Part shown: positions 1 to 15,619 of the stretch, piece by piece
Layout: every line of letters starts with the position of its first letter
Numbering within the stretch: the stretch's first letter is position 1
Origin: the human T2T-CHM13v2.0 reference genome, Homo sapiens
DNA length: 64,000 nucleotides
NCBI RefSeq assembly: GCF_009914755.1
Contig: NC_060934.1
Reading direction: 5' to 3' (one strand)
Program-made: the position numbers and the translations under genes
Notes under the pieces: model-generated
The model's input: only the letters and a program-made list of their open reading frames with translations
The model's database searches: none
What the model was told of the DNA's origin: nothing

Positions 1-257
1 GGGTTGAAGGTCTATGAGGGAGGATGCTATAAAGCACAACAGTTAGATGAGGAGCCAACTATAGTAATCTCCAATCATGGTGTTTAATGATTTTCTGAAT
101 CAGACACATGGCAGACACATGGGTCTAGAAGGTGGGACATTGTGGGGCAGCCCTACAGTGTGTACAGAAGTGAGCACTGGATTGGGTGTCAAGGAACCAT
201 CATCTTGAAATCACTGGTTCTGGTGGTCCTGGCTCCAGGGAGCCTTTGCCCTGTGGT

Positions 258-478
258 GCCATGCAAAGAGCTTGGTCTTTGGAGCCAGAGCTACCTGGGT
301 TCGAATTCTGCCATTGTCACTTACTTCTGTGAGACCTCAGTCAACTAGACTCTTCCTGAGTCCCCATTTCTTCATCTGCAAAGTGGGTCAGCAAGACCCC
401 CTCACAGGGAGTGGTGATATTTATGAAGTTCTATAGAAAGTTTAGCACACAGTAGGCTCACTCAGCACATGCCAATAT
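258..478 (+). mobile_element. MIR SINE
   Basis: ctttggagccagagctacctgggttcgaattctgcc...ttcttcatctgcaaagtggg...agcacacagtagg, MIR core and tail. Confidence 0.7.
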
Positions 479-1019
479 CCTTCCCTTCTGCCTTTCTGGG
501 CCTCAGTTTCCCCATCTGTGAAATGAGCAGCATGCTGAGGATCTCCAAGCTTCTTCTGGCTCTAGATTTCTGTCACTGGTTTTTAGCGTTCCTTGTATAA
601 GGAAGAAAAATTGTTGAGGTGAGGAGCTAGGCCCCCTGGGATCTCAAGGCCTCCACAGGCCTGCCCAACTGCTTGGACCTCCTTCCTCACCACCTGCATC
701 AATGTGGGTGGCTTTCCTAGCTGAAGGACCCACTGTAAGCTCTCCATGTGCTTGATCTGCCATCAGGAAACTGGATCTCCATTTCATGGGTGGGAAAGTT
801 GAGGCCCAGAGAGGGGAAGAACAGTATGCTTACCTGCTGCTACCACAGCCCCATGACTCCATTTCCTGGGCAACTTCACTGGGGGAGGGCAGAGCAGAGG
901 GGCAAAGCCTTTGGAATTCTTGAGAGTTTGGTTTTGGGAGGAGGGGTTGTGCTTGGCCTCCCTCTTTCCCTCTCTCTCCCCTTCCATTTATGTTTTTATA
1001 TTTATATTATGTTTTATAT

Positions 1020-1300
1020 TTCAGCCACTACTATTGAACACCTCCTATGTTATGACGGCCCTTGTGTTAGGCTCTGGAGCAATCAGGGTGAAATAGGCAT
1101 GCCCTGATCCTAGGGTCCTCCAGGAGTTTAAGGTCCAGTGAAAGAGACAGGCGTGTGCACACACACAGTGCATGGAGGGTTCGAACGGGGACATCTGTTT
1201 GTCAGAAACACAGTGGGGTGGAGGAAGGCCTGATGCAGCCTAGCTGGTAAAATCAGAGGAGACTCCAAAGGAGGTGATGGCCAAGCCCTGTTGAAGGAGG
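1020..1300 (-). mobile_element. L2 3' end fragment
   Basis: tattgaacacctcctatg...tgtgttaggctctgg...caggagtttaaggtccagtg, reverse of the L2 tail. Confidence 0.55.
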
Positions 1301-3184
1301 AGAAGGAACTTGCTGTGGATTTGGTGCCTCTACAGGGCTGTGGCTTGGCAACAATCAAATGTCCAGCTGTGCATTTCACCTGAGGCTGGATTTGAAACCA
1401 CTCCCTGCTGCAGGCTCTGGGCAAGTCCATTGCCTCTGGAGTAGGAAGGTGCTCCTTGGCTGGGCTCCTGTGAGGAGCACAGTTTAGGGGGAGGTTAGCA
1501 ATAGACAGGCAGGAGATAGAGCCAACCAGCAGCTCCAGGGGGGTGATGCATTTGCTGGAGAATGGGATGAGGGGAGGGAGGCAGAGAAGCTGGTGGCAGG
1601 AGGTGACAGCTTTAGGGGAGACTCAGCCTAAGCCCCAAATTTCTAGTTCTGTCAGTCATACTGGGGCCTCAGCACTGCAGGGTTTTAGGGTCATGCCTCT
1701 ATCCTCTCTGAGGTTCATTTTCACCATTTGGAAAATGAGGTGGTGTTCCTGCCTCCAAGGCCAGTGAAGGCCAAGTGACCTGAGAGGCTGGTGGTGCTCG
1801 CTGGGCAGGGCAGGACGGGTGGTGCTCTCTGCTCTGTTCTAAGATCGCCTGGTCTGGGTCTGCCCTGCCTGCTCTCACAGAACCTGCAGTCCAGGTGTCG
1901 GGTGCTTGTGATGAGTGCAACAAGGGTGACATGCTCTACATACAACGGAGCATGGTTGTCACTATGACTGTTGGCTTGAGAATTGGGCAGAAGAGGTGGG
2001 GACTGGGAAGAGGCAAGGCAAGAGGACGCTTGGGTGGACTGGACACGCATCGCGTGCCAGGTGCACCTGTGGGTGTTCTCAAGTGTGCCGCCTTTGAGTC
2101 CTCACTATATCCCGCCACGTAGGTGCTGCCTCCGTCAGCATAGAGAGGAAACTGAGGCTAAGCAGGGATTTGAAACTGGATCTCGCTCCCCGCCTGATGG
2201 TTCCCAGGTAGACTTGTCCCTTTCTCTCCACCTGCAGTAAGGTAACCTGGTGGGACCTGGGTTTCCCACTGAGCTCTCAGGAGCCCAAAGCTCCTTCTGG
2301 TCAAGCCCCCACTGCATGCCCCTTGCTCCTTTTAGAAGCTGTGATATTAACACGCGTAAAAACAATCCAAACAGCATCTCACACAATTATGTGGGGAGGA
2401 AGTGGCTGTCACAGGCAATCTGGAAAAGATGTATCACTTAACTCAAAGGGAAAATGATCAACTTGCTGTTAGAGAGCGTGTGCCTTGCCCTGTCTCCTCG
2501 ATACCCCCACTCATCCCCACAGGGATCCCCTTCCCCCAGCTGAGGGTGTGCCTGGCAGCTGGCTGGTGGGGCTGTGCCCAGGCCTTCCCTGCAACATAGT
2601 GTCAGGCTGTTCACACTTGAAGGGACCTCGTTCCTTTATTTTGTTCAGTCATTGATTCATGATTCATCCAGTGCTCACTGTGCACCTACTGTCCGCCAGG
2701 CTCTGGGCAGGCTGGGGGGAAGCCTGCAGCATAGACAGTGACACTGTCACACACAGCAGAGCTCCAGCTGCACCACACTAGGCTCAAAAGCAGCATGAGT
2801 CACATCTCAGAGACCCCAGACACAGAGTAAAGGGACTGCTTCTGCCTGGGGGGCTGAGAGGAGCTCAGGGAAGGCTCCTCAGTCCCCGCATGCCCAGTGG
2901 GAGGAAGGGCATCTGGTCACAGGGCCCTGTCTAAGCGAAGGCGGAAGCTGTGTCCCAAGTGGCATTTTGCAGACAAGGACGCTGAGGCCTGGAGAGATCT
3001 GCCACCTTGCCCAGGGTCACACGGCTGACCCATGGCTCTGCTTGGGGTGAGAACTCCTATTTGTACCTAATGTCAGTGAAGAGGGACTGAGTGCAGAAGG
3101 GGTGTCTGTGAAGACTGGAGAATGTTGTGGAAGGTGCCCTGGAGTGGGTGAGGGTGGAAGGGGAGGAAACCGGCTTGGCTAAAA

Positions 3185-3205
3185 TCACAGTGGGGCAGAG
3201 AGAGA

Positions 3206-3249
<44 letters not shown>

Positions 3250-3430
3250 GGAAGGAAGAAAGGAAGGAACGAAGGAGGAGAAGGAAGGGAAGGAAAGGAA
3301 AGAAAGAACAAAGAATAGTCACAGTGGGGCAGAGAGAAAGAGAGAGGAGAAGGAAGGAAGGAAGGAAGGAAGGAAGGAAGGAAGGAAGGAGGGAAGGAAG
3401 GGAAGGAAAGAAAGAAAGAAAAAAGAATAG
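3185..3430. repeat. Tandemly duplicated unit containing (GA)n and (GGAA)n microsatellites
   Basis: TCACAGTGGGGCAGAGAGA...AAAGAATAG occurs twice (3185-3318, 3319-3430); (GGAA)9 at 3352-3387. Confidence 0.9.
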
Positions 3431-4827
3431 GCTCCCAGGTTATTAGATCACATGGGAGGGAGGAGCCTGAGAGAGGCCTTCACTTTTGAGTGTGACTGGT
3501 CTAGAGCCAGCCCCGCCCATCTGCAGGACAGTGCTACCCCAGCTGGGGGTTTGGAGCTCCTGTGTGGGTAGGAGCACAGCTGGGAGTGGGCAGTTGCATG
3601 CTGTTTGCCTCACTTTCACTCCTTGCAGCCTGCATGGGGTTCTGTGCCAGGAGGAAGCTCTCTCTTCAGATGAGAGGCCCAGACTCTGTTGCTGACTCCC
3701 TGGCTGATCCTCAGGGTCAAGTTGATCCTCTGAGAGCTCAGTGCCCCTATCTGTGAAATGGGCATAACATCACCCTGTCTAGATTTGCAGTCACATGTAC
3801 AGAAAGATTTTGCAGAGTTAAAGTCATCACGGAGGTGTTCTGGCAGCTGTGTGGAGTTGGAGGACACAGGATGGAAGCTGCTGGGTTCTCAGCATTGAGA
3901 TTCCTTTTGGGAAGGTTTTGGGGTGCAAGGGATGAGAGCAGAGAAAGCAAAGGAGAGAAGAAGGTGGAGACTTGGGATACTTGTGAACCTTTCTATTGAC
4001 TGGGGAGAAGGGGAAATAAGAAAGGATGTCCTGGCTCCCCTCCCACCCCTCTGTCTTGGGGAGGGCAGGAGGGCTTGGCAGTGAATTAGCCGGTGGAAGT
4101 TGAACAGGCGGACACTAGGAGTGGCCTTGGCCTCACCCATAGTTCTATCGACCACCTGCATGGCCCCTGAGCAAATGGTTTTGACTTGGGAGCAGTGATG
4201 GGGTCAGCATCCGAGAGGCTGAGAAGAGCAGAGTTGAAAATGCCTGAGGGTACCAAGTCTGCTCTGCACTTTCAGAGGGGGGCCAGGACTTTCTAAGGGC
4301 CATCCTGTGAGAGAATGGGGGACAGGCCCAGGACCTGGGGTCTTCCTTTCCATCCTTGGCTCTTGGACTGATGGTCTGAAGACAGGGAAGGCAGCCTCTG
4401 TGAGCCTTGTTTCCCTTGTCTGTCAAATGAGCTGGCTGGCACAGGTTGGCTCACCACGGGAGATGGACTTCAGGTGAGGCAGGAGGGGGCTAGGTGAGGC
4501 CAAGCTGACTTTCTGGCTGGGAGTGAGAGGTGGGGCCCAGGGAGGCAAGTGGGGGCTGCGAGGAAGTAAGGGGACTGGAAGGGGGTCTGCACCAAGGGTG
4601 AACTTGGCAGTTTACCTCACTTAGTTTTGATAAGCTTTGGTTTCTACACTAGCTTTATTTATTTGTTATTGAATTCATTTTTTAATTTTTTAAAACTGTT
4701 CTATTGATATGTTATTCACATATGATCCAATAAGCCCATTTAAAGTGTACAATTCAATGGTTATTAGGGCATGCACAGATATGTGCAACCATAGTCACAG
4801 CCTATTTTGGAACATTTTATCATCTCA

Positions 4828-5283
<456 letters not shown>

Positions 5284-5694
5284 CTACCCTCCCTCCCCGT
5301 TACCCCCAGCCCCTGGCAACCACAGATCTACTTTCTGCCTCTAAGATTTACCTCTTCTGGACATTTCACATAAACAAACTCATAATATGTGGTCCTTGGT
5401 GACTGGCTGGTGGCGTCAGGTTCTCAGGGTTCATCCTTGTTGAGGCAGGCGTCAGTCTCCATTCCTTTTCATGGCTGGATAACATTTCGTTGTGATATAC
5501 CAACGGATATACCACATTTTGTTTATTCATTTGCCTGCTGAAGGACATTTGGTTTGTTTTCATGTTTTGGCTATTATGAATAATGATGCCATAAACATTG
5601 GTGTACAAATACAGGTTCCAGTTTTTGCTTTCAGTTCTTTTGTGTATATTCTCAGAAGTGGAATTCCTGGAGCATAGGGTAATTCTATGCTTAC

Positions 5695-6869
<1,175 letters not shown>

Positions 6870-7121
6870 TGGCCATTTGTATATCTTCTATGGAGAAATT
6901 TGCCTCCTTTCGAATTGGGTTGTTTGTTTTGAGTTTTAGGGTCTTTTCTATATTTTAGACATTAATCCCTTATCTGGCATGTGATTTGTAGATATTTTCT
7001 GTAGGTTGCGTTTTTACTCTGTTGATAGTGTCCTCTGATGCATAAAAGTTTTTCATTTTGATGAAGTCCAATTTATCGATTTTTTCCATTTCTTGCCTGT
7101 GTTTTTGGTGTCATATCCATA

Positions 7122-7510
7122 GTGTTATCAGTCATTGTTATCTCGATAAAGCTGCACAGCAAAACACCACAGCAGTCATTTATTCTTTCTTATGTGTCAG
7201 GGGTCAGCTGGAGGGAAGGTCAGCAAATCTAGGCTGGACGTGACTGAGCTTGACTCTAGGCTGTGCATGGGTTCTGTCTGCTCATTCTTCTGGGGCCAGG
7301 GGTCTGCATGGGGTGTGTTCTTCTCAAATTGAATGGCAGGAGCTCAATAGACAAGTCCCTCTGCACAAGGTACATGCTCATGCTACTGTGGAGCTTGGGC
7401 AAAGTGAGTCTCACAGCCAAGCTCAGCATAAGAGGTGGGAGACCCCGCATGGGTGTGGACACATCATTCTTCTGAAGAGGAGTGAAGGGCTGGGATCGAG
7501 AATCTGATCA
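7122..7510 (-). mobile_element. ERVL-MaLR solo LTR (MLT1-type)
   Basis: cagtcatttattct..., ggcaaagtgagtctcacagccaagctcagc, motifs characteristic of old MLT1 LTRs. Confidence 0.55.
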
Positions 7511-8289
7511 AGCCCAGTGATGGCCAAGAGGTGGGAATGAGCTGGCAGGTTTGAGGCTGAGAGGGGCTAGTGTGGCTGAAATACAGTGATCGGGGACAGG
7601 GGGGAAAGTCGTATTTAGCGGGTGCGTGGAAGATGTTCGTTAACTGAATTAATCAAAAGAAGGTATCGTGACTGACTGGCTGGATAGAGATGAATGTGCT
7701 GAGATGGGAAAGGCAAGGACTGGAAACTATTTAGGGAAGAAATCAGCTCACTGCCAGACCTGTTAAATTTTAGAGACACATGCTGGTGGGCAAATGGCTG
7801 TATGAGATGAAGTAGACTCTGCTTGCAAGGATCTGTGGGTCTTCTGGCAGCAGGAGGACAAGGGCATGGCCAGCTGTCCCACGCAGCTGAGATAGGTGCC
7901 TCCAACAATGTAGTAAGGATGAGGACAACTCAGCTTCCTGTTCCAGCAGCGTTCCAAGGTGGCTTCGTAGATGAAGGGCATTTGAGCTGTAAGGTGGGAT
8001 GTGAAAGGTGGAGCTAGGGATGCTCCAGGTGGAGGGAGCCACAGGGTCAGGGCACAGGGAGAACACAGGGTGGGTGACTGGCAGTGACCCCAGTGAGGGG
8101 GTGGGTGCAGGTTTCAGCAACATGCCAGGCCTGAGCTGGGGTCTGTGGGCTGTTCCCCTGCTGGTGAGCCAGGGGATAGGAGGAAGCTGACTTTGATCAC
8201 TCCATTCTTGTCCATGTGCCCAGCAGGGGCTGGGGATATGAGGATCAGGAGCCTCTGCTGTCTTTTTGGAACTCAAAAAAAAAAAAGTG

Positions 8290-9170
<881 letters not shown>

Positions 9171-10175
9171 TCTTTTGCTGTATGATATTTTTAAGAGTCG
9201 GTGAGGGGAACTCAGAGACACCAGGCTTCATATGGGGGAGGCTGATGTCTGTGGCTCCCCACCCTGGGGGTCTCAGGTCGTGCCCTGCCTTCCTGCCCCA
9301 GGCACCACTTCATGGAAGCTTCTGGGAGGGATCCAGGGGAGGGTGCAAGAACAGAATAGCCATGAGGTGGTCTTGTCTACTCTTTCCATCACAGCAGCCT
9401 CCCCGGCAGTGGCCTGGATAGTGTGGGCTTTGAAGCGTGGTCATCGGTGACCTACAAGGGCTTGGCCATTAGCAGCCCTAATGGTGTCATCTGCAGGCGC
9501 CTTCTTGCACGCACGAACCTCTCTGTGTGTAGCAGTGGTGAATAATCACCAAATTGTATTTGATTTCTGCAGCGCATTTCTGTATTTCTATTCAAAGTTG
9601 AGTGCATCTGATTTTATGGGAATTCATAACAGTTCAAACTAAATCGTGGCACCATGCTGTGAAAATCTCTCACTCCCGAGAAACTGAAACGCTGCCCAGA
9701 TGTCCCCTCCTGCCCTTTTCCTTCCCCCTGCTCTATTCTCTCATGTCCCCCCCTGCCTGCTAGGCCAGGAGGCGTTGCCTGTTGGCAGGCAGCAGTGTGC
9801 CCTCTGCCCTTGTACCTCCTGACCGGGCTGCAGGGAGAGATGGGAGATGGTCACGGTGGGGGCCCTGCCCCGGGAGTTAGGCCCAGAACTGCCTATTTCC
9901 CAAAAGAGGGGAGTGTGCCTTGCTCCAGCAGAGACATGGAATGTGCCTTTCCAGTCTAGGACACCAGGCTTCAACGGGCTTCCTCTTAGGTTTTTTTCTG
10001 GGATTCAGAGGTGTTTGGTGAAACCCCTACAGGTCATGGGGAGCTTTGCAAGGAACCTGGCTTCCTCCAACCTGGGCAAAGGAGTGGGAACAGGAAGGAG
10101 GGGCCCTCCAGGGTTGTGCAGTGGGGTGGGGGCATTTTGTGGATGCATCTCCTGGAGGGGGTGGCAGAACGCAAT

Positions 10176-10531
10176 TGTGTGTGTGTGAGTGTGTGCACAT
10201 GAGTGTGTTTGAGAATGTGTGTGTGTGCATGTGTTTGAGAGTGTGTGTGTGCATGAGTGTGTTTGAGAGTGTGTGTGTGAGTGTGTGAATGTGTGGGTGT
10301 GTGTTTGAAAAAGTGTGTGTGCGGTGTGTGAGTGTGAGAGTCTGGGTGTGTGAGAGTGTGTGAGTTGTGTGGTGTGTGTTTGTGTGTGTGTGAGTGTGTG
10401 GGTGAGTGTGTGTTTGAGAGCGTGTGTGTGAGAGCATGTGAGTGTGTAGGTGTGTGTTTGAGAGTGTGTGTGTGCAGTGTGTGGGTGAGTGTGAGTGTGT
10501 GGGTGAGTGTGTGAGAGAGTGTGTGTGTGTG
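10176..10531. repeat. Degenerate (TG)n/(TGAG) low-complexity tract
   Basis: Direct reading; sub-unit gtgtttgagagtgtgtgtg recurs. Confidence 0.92.
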
Positions 10532-11529
10532 CTTTCAGGCACAAGTTTTCTTTCACACTGTTGGTCCTCACCTGGGGAAAGGAGAACCCTCAGTATGGGG
10601 CCAAGTGCCAGCCTTGGGCCTTGTCTCCGAGCCTGGGTTTTAGCCCATTCTGCTGCTCGTGGCTGCCTGCAGGCAGAGCATGAGGGAGCCCTCCTGGTGA
10701 TGGGAGCAATCCGACCTCCTCGCCTAGCGAGGAAAGACCCAGTGGGGCTGGACTCGGGATGGAGAGGCAGCGCCTCCCGAGCTGGGACCCACGGCCCAGG
10801 ATAAAAGGAGCTCCATGTCCCTAGAAATGTCTGGTAGCAGCCCAGGGAGGGGTGTCAGCCAGAGGACCGCCGAGGACCCTCCCAGCTCCCAGAGTCTCCC
10901 CTGGTGTTTGCACCTGGGACTCTGGCCTTCAGGGAGGCTCAGGACAGTGCGGGAGAGAACGTCTAATCAGGGTTGTCCATGTGTTCATAGGCTGTGGCAA
11001 GATTTTGGTAGGGTGGCCATAAATGAGGCCACTGATGTCAACACGTTGAATGCTTATTGCAGAAGATAGGCGGAATGCAGAAACTAGCTAGAAGACAATA
11101 AAACTTCCCATAACCTCACCACTCACACAACACCCTGGCTTCACTCCACAGTGCTGTATGCGCACACTCCCCTGCATACATTCACACACTAGGAATCCAA
11201 ACACCATCCCCTGTTGCTTCCTAGGGACATCCCACAGTTGAGCCAGTCCCCTTTTGGGTATCTATCATAAGTTACGCAGCAGTGGGCATCCCTGTGGCTT
11301 GGTGTCCACGTACAGCTATGGCAATTTCCTCAGCTGAGGTTCAGGAGGTGGAATTGCTGGGCCACAGGGTATATGCATTTTCAGGCTCTTTGGACAATTT
11401 TCAAAGACGGACTGATTCTCTGTCCAGTTGCCTCAGCTCAGGGGTTTGGGAGCCCTGCTGATCTTGCCCCTCTGGTGGCGGTAAGCACCACCTCCCTGCT
11501 GGTGGCTCCCACACTTCTGCTTCCAGCCC

Positions 11530-12390
11530 ATCCTGGACCTTGGCTGAGCATGTCCAGCTGCTGACCCACTGTTGCTACTTGGTTGTCAACAGCCATGCCA
11601 GACTCGCCATGTCTCAAATGAACTTCCGATCTTGTCCCTCAGCCAGCTCCACCTGCAGCCTCTCCTGTCCTAGCTAATGGCAATGCCATCCTCCCAGGTG
11701 CTTGGGCTCAATTCATTCTTGCACAGCCAGATCCCCACCAGCAGGAAACCCTCTCAGCTCTACTTTGAAACATGCCCAGAATCTGCCAGATCCCACACCG
11801 CTCCCCTGCCTGGAGCTCATCATCCCTGCCTGCATCCCTGCAGGAGCCTGGACACCAGTCTAGCCACTCCCACCCATGCCCCCTACAGTGTGTCCTCATC
11901 ACAGCAGCCAGGGTGCTTCTTGAAAACTGGTTATTCATATCACGTGTTTCCTCACAATCAGTGGCCTACAAAGTGTCCATGATGGACCCTGAGATCTCTC
12001 TGCCCTCATCTCCTGCAACTCTTCCCGCTGTGCACCCCTTCCAGCCACGCTGGCCTCCTCATGCTCCTCAAGCGCACTAGGCATGCTCTTGCCTCAGGGC
12101 CTTTGCACAGGCCGCTCCCTCTGCCTGGAAGGCATTCCTCCCAGATATCCACATGGCCCACTCTCCTGCGAGTGCATGCTCATATGTCACCTCCCCAGTG
12201 ACCCTCAGCTGGTTCCTGCACTGCTCCTTCTTTCCCAGGGCACCTCACTCCCAACACTGGATGACTCACTCACCTGCTCTGTTGGGGTTGGTCTCTCCCA
12301 GGCAGTCTCAGCTCCCCCAGGGTGCGGGCTTTACCTTGTTCCTTTCTGTGTCCTTAAGCTCTAGCACAGTGCCTAGCACACAGTAGGGCA
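11530..12390 (+). mobile_element. L2 LINE (L2a-like) 3' portion
   Basis: ctcagggcctttgcacaggccgctccctctgcctggaa and tail ctagcacagtgcctagcacacagtagg. Confidence 0.75.
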
Positions 12391-13099
12391 TGTCAGGGCA
12401 GATGTGCGCAGTGTGGCCAGACCCAGCTGGATCCCCCACTGCCTGAAGCCTCACCTTGCAGCTCACTGGCTCTCTGTGGTATAAGACTTTGATTTGACTT
12501 GGTGGGGGGCAGGGGTGATTCCTATGTGGGTGACTCCATGGATGCTGTCACTGAACCACCTCTCAGAGCCTCCCCAGCCAGCCCTCAGCCCAGAGCTGGT
12601 CTGAGCAGCAGGTCTTCCTGGGTGATGACAGGAGAAGGTGGTTAATGTGGGCGGGGCTGCTGCTCTAAATCTGAGAAATTTGCAGTCAGCTTCTGCCAGG
12701 GACAAAGGTGTCAACCTTGAGGGGAAGGTGGTGGAGGGAAGCAGTAGCGGGTGAGGAGGGGGGAGACTTGCTCACCCCTGATGGAGCATGCATTCTCCTA
12801 TTGCTACTGGTTCTAGGAGCAATGCGTGTGAGATGCCAACAGCCTGGGAGGGCAGATGAAACAAAAGCCCACCCACCACCCCAGCCATCTGCCTTCTTCT
12901 TGGCATGTGCAGCTTACCTCCTGCTGGCCCAGCATACCTTGGCTGTGAGCATGTTGGAATTCTCACTGGGCTCGCTGAGTAGATGCCACAGGGTCTTGCC
13001 CAGAGACTTCCTATCAGGCGCCTCTGCAGGACCCTCCCCTGGGTCACATGTCTGAGCTCAGCAAGGGTTGGGGCTGAGGCTGGGAGCCTGGCCATGATG

Positions 13100-13250
13100 G
13101 CCATCAGAATGGAGTTCAAATCCAGACTTGACACTTATTAGCTGTGTGACCTTGAGCAAGTTGTTTAGCCTCTCTGAGCCCCAGCATGTAGAATGCATTG
13201 TGTATCACAATGACTGGCATAGAACATAGACTCAGTAAATGTTAGAATTA
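13100..13250 (+). mobile_element. MIR SINE
   Basis: ttcaaatccag..cacttattagctgtgtgaccttgagcaagttgtttagcctctctgagcc. Confidence 0.75.
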
Positions 13251-14477
13251 TGAATCTGATGTGTGGGTAGCTTGAACCCTGAAAACTGGGAGCCCTGGGA
13301 TTTTCTCTCTCCTGATGGCCCTGGGCAGTGACAGTCTGTTTCACTTATTTGACACCTAGCACATGTTTCCAGTCACAGCCGTATGTTCTCATGGCCCTAT
13401 GTCCTCCCACTGTGCCTGGCACAAAGTTTGGCATGAAGGAGAATGTTGGAAATTGGAGTCTGAGGGCTTTGGGGACTGGCTATGTGTCTTCTTAGGAGGA
13501 GGGCTCTAAGCCAGCACTTGAGAGATTTGGGGGCAGCTGGCTGTGGCCCTGCCCTTACCTCTGGAGCAGGTCTCTGGCACCTATCCCAGGTCCAAGCAGG
13601 AAGCCCAGCACAGAAGGGTGTGTCTGTGTTTCCTGATCCAGTGGGGAGACAGGATTGGTGGGAGCTCAGGCCGCATCCTGAAGGTGGGCCTGAGGATGGT
13701 GGAGGAAGCCACTTGGCTGTGCTGAATGGGAAGTGAGGAGGCCAGGAGGCTGGGGGAACAGCTATTGCACAGAGCAGAGTGAGGTCAGGCTCTCCCTGGG
13801 GACCCATGCTGCTCACCATGGCCTGGGTACTGAGGAATGCCAGCAGGCAAAGCAGCATCCCTCACCACACTGAGGCTGGAGGTCAGGGCTTAGGAGTCTG
13901 TCTCTTCCCTCTGGCATCAGCCTCTGCTCTCTCTGGGCCTTGCTTTCCTCCCGTAGACAGAGGAGCCAGAGGAAGATCTGGGACCTCAGGGAAAACCCAG
14001 CAGCAGGGTGGAGCCCTTCAGGCCCAGCTGCTTTGCTTTACCCTTTGGAGCCTGTGCCACCTTGACCTAGTGTCGGTGCCACCTCACCCTGTGGGGAGGA
14101 TGGAGGCAGAGTCAGGTTGGAGCTGAGATGGTCCCTGCTTCCGAATGCTTTGGAGGCAGTCCCTGCCAATCCTGCAGAATTAGGGTTGTGTGCATCTACC
14201 CCTGACTGATGGATCTGGGCACTGAGGCAGTCTGATCGCCTCCGATGGGGAAAGGAGAACAGGCACTTGAGAGGTTGGGGGCCCAGTGTGCCTGGCAGTG
14301 TTGGAGCCTGAGCCTGCACTGTGGAAAGCGAAAGGCATTATGCATGCATGTGTATGCAGGCGCTCACTTTTTGGCAGACATTCACCCTGTGTTTTTTGTG
14401 TGATGCATATTGTGCTCCGTGAGGGAGGGGCCATGTCTTCCCCTCTTACAAAGTCAGGAAACGGGAACAGCAGCATG

Positions 14478-14668
14478 GTGTGATGGAAACATCAGGAGAC
14501 TCTGACTCAGGCAGACCTGGTCAATCCTAGAGTGACCTCTCTGAGCCTCAATGTCCTCGTCTGTAAAATGGGGACAAGAAGACCTACTTCACAGAAGTGT
14601 TTTGGAAGATTGAATAAAAATAATACCCGTGAAAATCCTTGGCCTGTGGGATTGCCTAACAATTGTTC
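14478..14668 (+). mobile_element. MIR SINE
   Basis: ctctctgagcctcaatgtcctcgtctgtaaaatgggga. Confidence 0.7.
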
Positions 14669-14999
14669 ATTTCCTTCCCTCCTTCCTTCCTTCCACCGCA
14701 AACTTCCTGCAGCACCCAGCAGAATGGTGTGCTCTCCCCAGCTATTTGTGGATGATGTTCTTAGCAGATGTTGTTTAATTCTCATAACATCTGGTTTGGA
14801 ATGGCAGAGGGCTGGAGTTTTTTCTGTAGAAGATACTCACTCACTGTGAGATGTCAGATTGTCACTTAATTGCCCAATGCCTCGGTTTCTCCACTTGTAA
14901 ATCAGGGATAACGCTAGTGCTGCTGGCTAGCTTCTTTGCAGGATATGATAGGGTAATGCAAGATAACAGATGGAAAGTGGTTTGAACATTTAGAGAAAG

Positions 15000-15520
15000 G
15001 CATCTTGCTCAACCCCGCTAGTAGTTAGGGAAATGCAAATTAAAGCTGCAATGCTATACCATTTTTCATGTGTTCGATTGGCAGCCATTTAAAAGAGAGA
15101 TCACTTCCAGGTGGGCACATAGGCCCTCTCATATACTGCTGGTGGGACTGAGAATTGCCACAGCCTTTTCCAGAAGATAATATGGCAGCGTCTAGTAAAA
15201 GTTCACATACACACTCTGGGTTGTATTTAATTGACCCAGCACTCCCACTGTTGGAGAACCACACTGAAGAGCCAAATCCCAACACAATTATGTACAGAGA
15301 GATGTTCGCGGTGGCATTGCTTTTGGGGGCAGGAACCTGGAAACATCCAAATGCCCATCAGTAAGGGATGAAATCTCCATTAGGAAACATCCATACCATG
15401 AGCTATTATTATCTCCTAAAAAGAAAGAGGTAATTCTAAGCAATGTTGGCCTGGAGTGCTGTCTGTGGGATTTCTTGATGTGCGAAAAGCAAGTTTCTTG
15501 TATGTAGAGGGTAACTCCAT
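15000..15520 (+). mobile_element. Old L1 (L1ME-like) ORF2 end/3'UTR fragment
   Basis: tagggaaatgcaaattaaa..ataccattttt, ctctcatatactgctggtggga, ctggaaacatccaaatgcccatcagtaaggg. Confidence 0.7.
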
Positions 15521-15619
15521 TATTCTCAAAGTAAACAGTAGCCTCACGGCTCTGTACATGTGTGTAATGGGAACATATTTCTTGGGTGCAGAGAAAGGCC
15601 TGGTAGGATGCATGCCAGC

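Noticed and set aside
10005-10571. 188-aa and 171-aa His/Thr-rich minus-strand ORFs (likewise 43893-44681)
   Set aside because: Artefacts of translating (CA)n/(TG)n low-complexity DNA
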